NCBI GenBank assembly: GCA_963557785.1
Contig: CAUWBF010000001.1
Coordinates: 161,889-225,888 of the forward strand
Length of the DNA stretch: 64,000 nucleotides
Reading direction: 5' to 3'
Source: an uncultured Clostridia bacterium
GTDB taxonomy: Bacteria > Bacillota > Clostridia > TANB77 > CAG-508
The translations under genes were made by a program, and so were the position numbers. Numbering within the stretch: the first letter of the stretch is position 1; each line of letters begins with the position of its first letter. Below, one piece after another: positions 30,592-38,036 of the stretch. A model generated the notes under the pieces. That model was not told the DNA's origin, made no database searches, and saw only the letters and a program-made list of their open reading frames with translations.

Positions 30592-31467
30592 ATGGAAAAA
30601 GAAATAAAAAATAATAGTATAGAAAAAAATAATAAAACTTTCAAAATATGTGGTATTACAATATGGAGAATATTAGCCTACTTTGTTTTATATAGTATAT
30701 TAGGATATATCATTGAAACAGTTTTTGGATTACTAACTAAAGGAGTTTTAGAAAGTAGAAAAAGCTTTTTAATAGGTCCATTTTGTGCTATATATGGACT
30801 TGGAGCAGTTGCAATAATATTGCCATTACAATATTTTAAGAAAAATAATTATTCATTATTTTTTGGAGGATTTTTGATAGGTTCAATTGTAGAATATATA
30901 GTAAGCTGGTTTGGGGAAGTTGTTCTAAATGTTAAATGGTGGGATTATTCTTCAGAGCCTTTAAATCTTAATGGAAGAATATGTGTATTCTTTTCATTGT
31001 TTTGGGGTATTTTAGCGATTTATTTAATGACACATGTAAATGTTAAAGTTGATAAAGTAATAGATAAATTGAAAGACAAATTCAAAAACAATATTAAACT
31101 AATGAGAGGTATTGTATTAGGATTAATCATTTTTATGTTTCTAGATTGTGCTTATACCTGGGTAGCATTAAGAATGTTTTACGTAAGACTTCAAGATAAT
31201 TATAATTTAGAACTACAAGGTGTAGGAGCATATGCACAAAAATATAATGAAATATATGAAAACAATGAAAATGTAAGAAAATATGTAGATAAATATTTAA
31301 GCGACGAAAGAATATTAAGAACATTTCCAAACCTTAGAGTTTTAGATAAAGAAGGAAATATGATTTATATCGATAGTGTAATAAAAACAATACAACCATA
31401 TTATTATAAAATATATGATCCAAAAGAAAAACTAAAATCTTTAGAAGAACGTTATGGAGAAGAATAA
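30592..31467 (+). CDS. Second DUF1113/CmpB-like polytopic membrane protein with a ~100-aa soluble C-terminal extension
   Basis: LYSILGYIIETVF...RKSFLIGPFCAIYGLGAV...WWDYS...NGRICV is paralogous to the 29340-29915 product. It carries an extra hydrophilic tail. Confidence 0.6.
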   Translation: MEKEIKNNSIEKNNKTFKICGITIWRILAYFVLYSILGYIIETVFGLLTKGVLESRKSFLIGPFCAIYGLGAVAIILPLQYFKKNNYSLFFGGFLIGSIVEYIVSWFGEVVLNVKWWDYSSEPLNLNGRICVFFSLFWGILAIYLMTHVNVKVDKVIDKLKDKFKNNIKLMRGIVLGLIIFMFLDCAYTWVALRMFYVRLQDNYNLELQGVGAYAQKYNEIYENNENVRKYVDKYLSDERILRTFPNLRVLDKEGNMIYIDSVIKTIQPYYYKIYDPKEKLKSLEERYGEE

Positions 31468-31471
31468 TATT

Positions 31472-31509
31472 AAATAAGATTTTGCTAAATTAAAGGCAAA
31501 ATCTTATTT
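31472..31509. terminator. Bidirectional terminator
   Basis: AAATAAGATTTTGC-(10 nt)-GCAAAATCTTATTT, a 14-bp stem between convergent genes. Confidence 0.75.
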
Positions 31510-31515
31510 AAATAA

Positions 31516-32196
31516 TTAGTTAATTGTAGTCGAAGTAGGACCAGAACCAACTACATCTTCCTGCAATGATCTCCAAGTATTACAACCAACAATTCCATCT
31601 ACAGCTAACCCTCGAGAAGACTGGTATGATCTTACAGCATTATAAGTAGCAGATTCAAATATTCCATCAAGACCACCAGTTGAAAAACCTAAAGTGTTTA
31701 AATCGTCTTGAGCAATTAGTACATAATTACTTATACTTCCTCTTCTTAATAAAGGAAAACCACCAGAAGAACAAGCAGGAGTTCCAAATCTTTTATCAAA
31801 ATGAACCCAAGTAGGAGTAAGAGAGATTGGTTCAACATAACTCCATACACCGCTATTATTAGCAACTTGCCATATTCTAGTTCTTTGGGATTGAGTTAAT
31901 CTTTGACCTACGTCAAATGCAACACCTGCATAATGTTGGCTCATATTGCCATGACCACCTTCATATGGTCTTTTGAATGCATATCCAACTGGAATAGGAC
32001 CACCATATAGGCTTCTTTGCCTATTCCAACTTTGCATGGTTCTTTTAGTTGTCCAAAGGATATTACTTCTACTAGAACCTCTAAATTCACGAACTTTTAG
32101 AGTATTATTTACATTATATGGCATAGGTTCAGACTCGCCTCTGTAATAATTTTCCATTCGATCGGTATCATTATTAAAAACAATTATTCTTGCCAT
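31516..32196 (-). CDS. Zinc D-Ala-D-Ala carboxypeptidase/endopeptidase-like (M15 family) domain plus C-terminal peptidoglycan-binding domain; no signal peptide
   Basis: H-x6-D (SQHYAGVAFD) and a second His (TWVHFD). The C-terminal LNTLGFSTGGLDGIFESATYNAVRSYQSSRGLAVDGIVGCNTWRSL fits PG_binding_1. The N-terminus MARIIVFNNDTDRMENYY is hydrophilic. Confidence 0.7.
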   Translation of the reverse strand: MARIIVFNNDTDRMENYYRGESEPMPYNVNNTLKVREFRGSSRSNILWTTKRTMQSWNRQRSLYGGPIPVGYAFKRPYEGGHGNMSQHYAGVAFDVGQRLTQSQRTRIWQVANNSGVWSYVEPISLTPTWVHFDKRFGTPACSSGGFPLLRRGSISNYVLIAQDDLNTLGFSTGGLDGIFESATYNAVRSYQSSRGLAVDGIVGCNTWRSLQEDVVGSGPTSTTIN

Positions 32197-32280
32197 AATA
32201 AGCTCCTTTCAATAATATTGTTATATACTATGAAAGAAGTAAGAAAACTGTTAAAAAATTTAAATACATAGGAGAAAAAA

Positions 32281-34020
32281 ATGCAAAAGATAGTAAAAGA
32301 TATATTAAAAAAATATATAGGACATATAATAATTTTAATTATATTTATGATTATAAATATGTATATTTTAACATTACCACCTAAAATGGTAGGTAAAATT
32401 ATAGATTTATTGTATGATATAGAAACTAATAAAGTTCTTATAAATCAGTATATCATATATTTAATGATTACTGTATTTATATTATTACTAACAAGAACAC
32501 CATGGAGAACTTTAGCGTCATACATATCAAGAGCATTCGAAAAAGATATGAAAGATAAACTATTTGATCACTTTATGAGAGTAAAAATGAATAACATACA
32601 GAATATAAAAAATGGAGAATGGATGTCTTATTTTACAAAAGACATAGGAGAACTAAAAGCGTTTTTATATCGAGTTATTTCATACGCTACAAGAGTAGTT
32701 ATAATATCTATTATTGCAATATATACAATGGCACAAGGAATAGATTTAGAACTTACTTTAATTACATTATGCCCAATACTTGTAACAGTGTATATAGTTA
32801 TCAAACTAAAGCAACATCTTGAAAATAGTTTTAGAAAGAGTCAAACTAATTTTACAAACCTTTCTCAGTATGTACAAGAGAGTACAGATGGTATAAGAAC
32901 AATTAAAGCATATACAGGAGAAACAAAACAATTAAAAGACTTTATAAGAAAAAATAGGCAATTAAAACAAAGTAATAATACTGTAGATGTTTTTTCTACA
33001 TTATTATCTGTTAGTATAAATATAGGATTTGGAATTTGTTATGGAATTTCATTAATTTTAGGTTCTAAGCTAGTATTAGAAGGGAAAATAACTATTGGAG
33101 ATTTTACAGCATTTAATGGATATATCGCACTATTTTATGGACCAGTATCTTGGATGCCAACAATTATATCAAGATATAAAAGAGCACAAATATCATTTAG
33201 AAGATTAGATAAGATATTTAAATTAGAAAAAGAAAAAATTACAAGTGAAATTACCAAAGAAAATATAGTAGACGGAGATATAGTAATTCATGATTTATCT
33301 TTCAATTATCCTTCAAACATTGAGGTAGCTTTAAGTAATATAAATATAGTAGTAAGAAAAGGAGAAACACTAGGAATAATTGGTACAATAGGAAGTGGTA
33401 AAACTACTTTAATGAATTTACTTATGAAATTATATCCTGTACCTAATGGAAAAATACTTATTGGAGGTAAGGATATAAATGAAATTGAAACAACTGATTT
33501 AAGAAGAAGTATGTGTTATATAACTCAAGATAACTTTTTATTTTCTTCAACATTAAAGGATAATATAAGTTTATTTAATGAAACTTATAAAGAAGATGAA
33601 ATAAAAGATAGTACTAAAAATGCTATCATATATGATGACATAGAAACAATGCAAGATAATATTTATACAATAATTGGAGAAAGAGGTATAGATTTATCAG
33701 GTGGACAAAAACAAAGAGTTGCAATTTCGAGAGCTTTCTTAAAGAAAAGTAATTTTGTAATATTTGATGATACTTTTTCAGCTCTAGATAATAAAACAGA
33801 AGAAAAGCTACTAGAAAATGTTAAAGAACTTACAGAAGGAAAGACTTGTATAATAATATCAAATAGGATATCTGATATTAAGTCAGCAGACAAAATAATA
33901 GTATTAGACTCTGGAAAAATTGTACAATTTGGAAATCACCAATCATTAATAAATCAAGATGGATTATATAACGAATTTTACAGACAACAATCTTCAAAAG
34001 ATTTAGAACTTTTAGCATAA
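32281..34020 (+). CDS. ABC exporter permease/ATPase, subunit with a degenerate ATPase site
   Basis: Six-TM domain plus NBD. Walker A is GTIGSGKTT and the signature LSGGQKQ is canonical. Walker B is VIFDD (D replaces the catalytic E) and the H-loop is SNRIS (N replaces H). Confidence 0.88.
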   Translation: MQKIVKDILKKYIGHIIILIIFMIINMYILTLPPKMVGKIIDLLYDIETNKVLINQYIIYLMITVFILLLTRTPWRTLASYISRAFEKDMKDKLFDHFMRVKMNNIQNIKNGEWMSYFTKDIGELKAFLYRVISYATRVVIISIIAIYTMAQGIDLELTLITLCPILVTVYIVIKLKQHLENSFRKSQTNFTNLSQYVQESTDGIRTIKAYTGETKQLKDFIRKNRQLKQSNNTVDVFSTLLSVSINIGFGICYGISLILGSKLVLEGKITIGDFTAFNGYIALFYGPVSWMPTIISRYKRAQISFRRLDKIFKLEKEKITSEITKENIVDGDIVIHDLSFNYPSNIEVALSNINIVVRKGETLGIIGTIGSGKTTLMNLLMKLYPVPNGKILIGGKDINEIETTDLRRSMCYITQDNFLFSSTLKDNISLFNETYKEDEIKDSTKNAIIYDDIETMQDNIYTIIGERGIDLSGGQKQRVAISRAFLKKSNFVIFDDTFSALDNKTEEKLLENVKELTEGKTCIIISNRISDIKSADKIIVLDSGKIVQFGNHQSLINQDGLYNEFYRQQSSKDLELLA

Positions 34021-34052
34021 TAAATTTATCAAAAAGGGAGAAAATAAAACAA

Positions 34053-35798
34053 ATGAAAAATAAAACATTAAAGAGAGTAATTGATATGGCAAAACCACAT
34101 AAAAAAACAATATTTATTATATCGTTACTTTCAATATTAATAAGTATAGGAGAAATAGCAAGACCATATATTATAGAAATTGGTATAGATGATTTTTTAA
34201 GTCAGGGTATTTATCAAAAAGGAAATATAACAATTGGAATATTAGGAGCAATATATATAGGAATAGTAGTACTTACAGGTATTATAGATTTTATCACTAC
34301 TACAACAACAAATATGATGGGCGAAGAAATTATATATACGATGCGTAATAAATTATTTAAATATACAATGAATACAAATATTTCCTTTCACGATAAAACG
34401 CCGGCAGGAAAGCTATTCGTTAGAATTATTAACGATGTAGAAGATATATCTATATTATTTAAAGATGTAATAGCCACTTTCGTAAAAGATATTGTATTAA
34501 TAATTTCAATAATTTGTATAATGATATATTTTAGTGTTAAATTAAGTTTAATATCTTTTATAGTAATTCCTTTCGTAATTATGGCCTCATATATCTTTTC
34601 AAAATTATTAAATAAGATTTATGATAAATCAAAAGTTATAAGAACTAATTTAAATACATTTATTGCAGAAACAATATATGGTGCAAAAATAATAAAGATA
34701 TTTAATATTCAAGGTGAAAAACAAAAAGAATATGAGGAGTATACCAAAAATTTTAGAGATACAAGATCAAAAGAAGGAATTATACATTCGCTTTTACAAG
34801 GAACCATGACTATATTAGAAAATCTTGGAATAGCACTAATTGTAACAGCATGTATAAACAACTGGTTTGATATTTCAATAGGAGTAGGATTTATATATGC
34901 TTTTACAACATATATAAGCAGATTATTTGAGCCAATAACAAGAATAGTAGAAAATATTGAAACTGTACAAGAAGCATTTGTTTCTATAGATAAAATATAT
35001 GATTTACTAGACCAAAAACAATATCTAGAAGATTTTGAAGATGGTGTTGAACTAAGTAATATAAATGGAAAAATTGAATTCAAAAATGTATGGTTTTCAT
35101 ATGACGACGATGAAAATTGGATACTAAAGGATGTGAGCTTTACAATAAATCCAGGAGAGAGTGTAGCTTTAGTAGGAAAGACAGGTTCAGGTAAAACGAC
35201 AATAACTAATTTAATAAATAGATTTTATAAAATACAAAAAGGTGAAATACTTCTAGATGGAGTAAATATAAACAATATTAATATTAGAAATTTAAGAAGT
35301 AATATAGGAACTATTTTGCAAGATCCTTTTATATTTGCAAAAACTATAAAAGAAAATATAGTATTAAATAAAGATTTAGATGATTCACAAATAGAAGAAG
35401 CAATACAACTATCATCAGCCGATGAATTTATAAATTCATTAAGTATGGGAATAAATGAAGTAGCTAATGAAAGAGGAAATACATATTCAGAAGGACAAAA
35501 ACAATTACTAGCTTTTGCTAGGGTATTTGCACAAGATCCTAGTATATTTATATTAGATGAAGCAACAGCTAATATAGATACACATACTGAAAATTTAATA
35601 CAAAAATCTATAGAAAAAATATCAAAGAATAAAACTTCTATATTTATTGCACATAGATTATCTACAATTGTAAATGTAGATAAAATATTAGTTATACAGG
35701 ATGGAAGAATTATAGAAGAAGGAAATCATAAAGAATTAGTAAATAAAGGTGGATACTATGCAAATTTATATAATGCATATTATGAAAGTTTAGCTTAA
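34053..35798 (+). CDS. ABC exporter permease/ATPase, subunit with the consensus ATPase site
   Basis: Walker A GKTGSGKTT, Walker B FILDEAT, H-loop IAHRLS. The signature is degenerate (YSEGQKQ). Confidence 0.88.
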   Translation: MKNKTLKRVIDMAKPHKKTIFIISLLSILISIGEIARPYIIEIGIDDFLSQGIYQKGNITIGILGAIYIGIVVLTGIIDFITTTTTNMMGEEIIYTMRNKLFKYTMNTNISFHDKTPAGKLFVRIINDVEDISILFKDVIATFVKDIVLIISIICIMIYFSVKLSLISFIVIPFVIMASYIFSKLLNKIYDKSKVIRTNLNTFIAETIYGAKIIKIFNIQGEKQKEYEEYTKNFRDTRSKEGIIHSLLQGTMTILENLGIALIVTACINNWFDISIGVGFIYAFTTYISRLFEPITRIVENIETVQEAFVSIDKIYDLLDQKQYLEDFEDGVELSNINGKIEFKNVWFSYDDDENWILKDVSFTINPGESVALVGKTGSGKTTITNLINRFYKIQKGEILLDGVNINNINIRNLRSNIGTILQDPFIFAKTIKENIVLNKDLDDSQIEEAIQLSSADEFINSLSMGINEVANERGNTYSEGQKQLLAFARVFAQDPSIFILDEATANIDTHTENLIQKSIEKISKNKTSIFIAHRLSTIVNVDKILVIQDGRIIEEGNHKELVNKGGYYANLYNAYYESLA

Positions 35799-35817
35799 TA
35801 AAGGGAGGAATTTTAAT

Positions 35818-37602
35818 ATGGATAGTAAATATAAGTGGAATTTTGAAGACTTATATGAATCAAATAATCAGTTTGAAAAAGATATTAATAAAATATATGA
35901 ACTTTTAAATGAAATAGAGTTATATAAAGGAAAAATAGCAGAATCATCTCAAAATATTTATGAATGTTATAAAAAATATGAAGAAATAGTAGAAATATTC
36001 GATAAAGCATATGCATATGGTATGCTTAAATATCATCAAAATATGGCAGATAATAGCAATATAGAAATATTTAAAAAAGTAGAAACTATAAATGCAGACA
36101 TTTCTTTAAAAACTGCATTTATAGTACCTGAAATAACAGATATTGAAGAAAGTAAAATAAAAACATTTATAAAAGAAAACGATAATTTAAAAAGATATGA
36201 AAGACTTTTAAATGAAATAATAGAAGACAAAAAGCATGTGTTAAGTAAAGAAGAAGAATCTATTTTAGCAAATTTTTCTGATATATTTAATGCTCCAGAA
36301 AACACATATGATATTTTTACAAATACAGAATTTGAATTTCCAAGTATAAAAGATGAAAATGGAAATGAAGTAGAAATAACAGAAGGCTCTTACTCAAAAT
36401 TTATGGAGAGCCATAATAAACAAGTAAGAAAAGATGCATACAATGCAATGTTTTCTTTATATGAAAAACATATAAATACAATATCTGAATTATATTTAGC
36501 CAGAGTTAAAGCTGATACAACTATAAGTAAAATAAGAAAATATAAAAGTTCTTTAGAAAAAGCAGTAAAAAATGATGATGCAACTATAAAAGTGTATAAT
36601 AGTTTAATTGATGTTGTAAATAAAAATTTAGATGTGAACTACAAATATATTAAACTAAAAAAACAAATGTTAAAAACAGATGAATTTCATAAATATGATA
36701 TGTTTGTAAACTTATATAAAGATACTAGTACAGATATAGAATATGAAGATGCTAAAAAGACAGTTTTAGAAGGATTAAGCATACTAGGAGAAAAATATAC
36801 AAATAAATTAAAGGAAGCATTTGAAAATAGATGGATAGATGTCTATGAAGAACCAAATAAAAGAACTGGAGCATATAGTTGCGGAGTTTATGGAGTACAT
36901 CCATTTGTATTAACAAATTTTAAAGGCTCAACCAGAGACGTAAGTACAATAGCACATGAATTAGGACATTCTATGCATTCATATTATTCTAATAGTTCAC
37001 AAAATGCATTAGAGGCAAATTATACAATAATGGTAGCAGAAGTAGCATCAACAGTAAATGAAATATTGTTAAGTCAATATCTAATAGACAATGAAAAAGA
37101 TTTAAACAAAAAAGCAGCTTTAATAAATGAAAGAATAGATGACTTAAGATCTACTTTAATAACGCAATCTATGTTTGCAGAATTTGAAAAAATAGTACAT
37201 GAAAGAGTAGAAAACAAAGAAATAATTACTTCAAAAGAATTATGCGAAATATATTATAATCTATGTAAAAAATATTTTGGAAATGAAGTAATATTAGATG
37301 ATAAAGTAAAATATGAATGGGCAAGAATACCACATTTCTATAGCTGTTTTTATGTGTATAAATATGCTACAGGAATATCAGCTGCAATAGCAATAGCAAA
37401 TAAAATACTAGATAAAGAAGAAGGAATATTGGAAAAATATATTGAAATGCTAAAACAAGGTAGAACAAAAAAATCTGTAGACTTATTAAAAATGGTAGGA
37501 GTAGATTTAGAAAGCAAAGAACCATATCAAAAAGCTTTTGATTTTTATAAAGAAAATATAGAAGAATTGGAAAAAATAGTAGAGCTTTTGAACAATAAAT
37601 AA
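35818..37602 (+). CDS. pepF: Oligoendopeptidase F (M3B)
   Basis: HELGHSMH zinc motif; ~594 aa, with a typical PepF C-terminal region. Confidence 0.9.
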   Translation: MDSKYKWNFEDLYESNNQFEKDINKIYELLNEIELYKGKIAESSQNIYECYKKYEEIVEIFDKAYAYGMLKYHQNMADNSNIEIFKKVETINADISLKTAFIVPEITDIEESKIKTFIKENDNLKRYERLLNEIIEDKKHVLSKEEESILANFSDIFNAPENTYDIFTNTEFEFPSIKDENGNEVEITEGSYSKFMESHNKQVRKDAYNAMFSLYEKHINTISELYLARVKADTTISKIRKYKSSLEKAVKNDDATIKVYNSLIDVVNKNLDVNYKYIKLKKQMLKTDEFHKYDMFVNLYKDTSTDIEYEDAKKTVLEGLSILGEKYTNKLKEAFENRWIDVYEEPNKRTGAYSCGVYGVHPFVLTNFKGSTRDVSTIAHELGHSMHSYYSNSSQNALEANYTIMVAEVASTVNEILLSQYLIDNEKDLNKKAALINERIDDLRSTLITQSMFAEFEKIVHERVENKEIITSKELCEIYYNLCKKYFGNEVILDDKVKYEWARIPHFYSCFYVYKYATGISAAIAIANKILDKEEGILEKYIEMLKQGRTKKSVDLLKMVGVDLESKEPYQKAFDFYKENIEELEKIVELLNNK

Positions 37603-37634
37603 AAATCTTGTCGAACTGTGAAATACGAACTTAC

Positions 37635-37663
37635 TAGACTTTTTATGACTTATATGCTATAAT
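37635..37663 (+). promoter_or_regulatory. SigA-type promoter of the small GC-rich unit
   Basis: TAGACT (4/6 to TTGACA), a 17-nt spacer, then TATAAT with extended -10 TGCTATAAT. Confidence 0.5.
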
Positions 37664-37728
37664 AAAATTTGTAGCAAACAAACAATTATTACAATTTCCA
37701 CAGTGTGGAGAAAGGAAGATGAAACAAC

Positions 37729-37911
37729 ATGTATGCTAAACGGTATGCCGCTTATGCGGAAATGGCAGCTTGCCAAAAAACAAGAGAATTTCAGGAGGCA
37801 TATGCTAAGAAACATAGCGGATCGGCTTCTGTACCTTCTATGGTAATGATTATTAAAGATGATGATCTCATCCATGAAAATCAGGAGCCACATGTAGATG
37901 TTGCGCTATAA
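37729..37911 (+). CDS. 60-codon ORF of unknown function in a GC-enriched insert; the unit could alternatively be a non-coding RNA
   Basis: Open frame MYAKRYAAYAEMAACQKTREFQEAYAKKH... using CGG, GCC, GCG and TCG codons. The RBS is weak or distant: GGAG (37707-37710, 8 nt upstream) better serves a 6-codon mini-ORF at 37719-37739 (MKQHVC). Bracketed by its own promoter and terminator. Confidence 0.35.
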   Translation: MYAKRYAAYAEMAACQKTREFQEAYAKKHSGSASVPSMVMIIKDDDLIHENQEPHVDVAL

Positions 37912-37936
37912 GTAGCAAAACATTAAACGAAGAGAG

Positions 37937-37962
37937 GGGATGCTTTAGGGCATTCCTTTTTT
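37937..37962 (+). terminator. Rho-independent terminator of the small unit
   Basis: GGGATGC-(TTTAGG)-GCATTCC, 7 bp including one G-U pair, followed by TTTTTT. Confidence 0.65.
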
Positions 37963-37973
37963 CATATAATAAA

Positions 37974-38002
37974 TTGTTATATAAAATCATTTATGATATA
38001 AT
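37974..38002 (+). promoter_or_regulatory. SigA-type promoter of addA
   Basis: TTGTTA, a 17-nt spacer, then TATAAT with TG (TGATATAAT). Confidence 0.45.
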
Positions 38003-38036
38003 TCTTAAAAAATAATTTATATGGAGGCATTCCTAT

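Noticed and set aside
37657-37893. 78-aa minus-strand ORF in the G/C-rich mini unit
   Set aside because: It has no RBS and runs against the promoter/terminator pair that frames the unit. The product has no motif, and its end overlaps the -10 box. I kept only the + strand interpretations.
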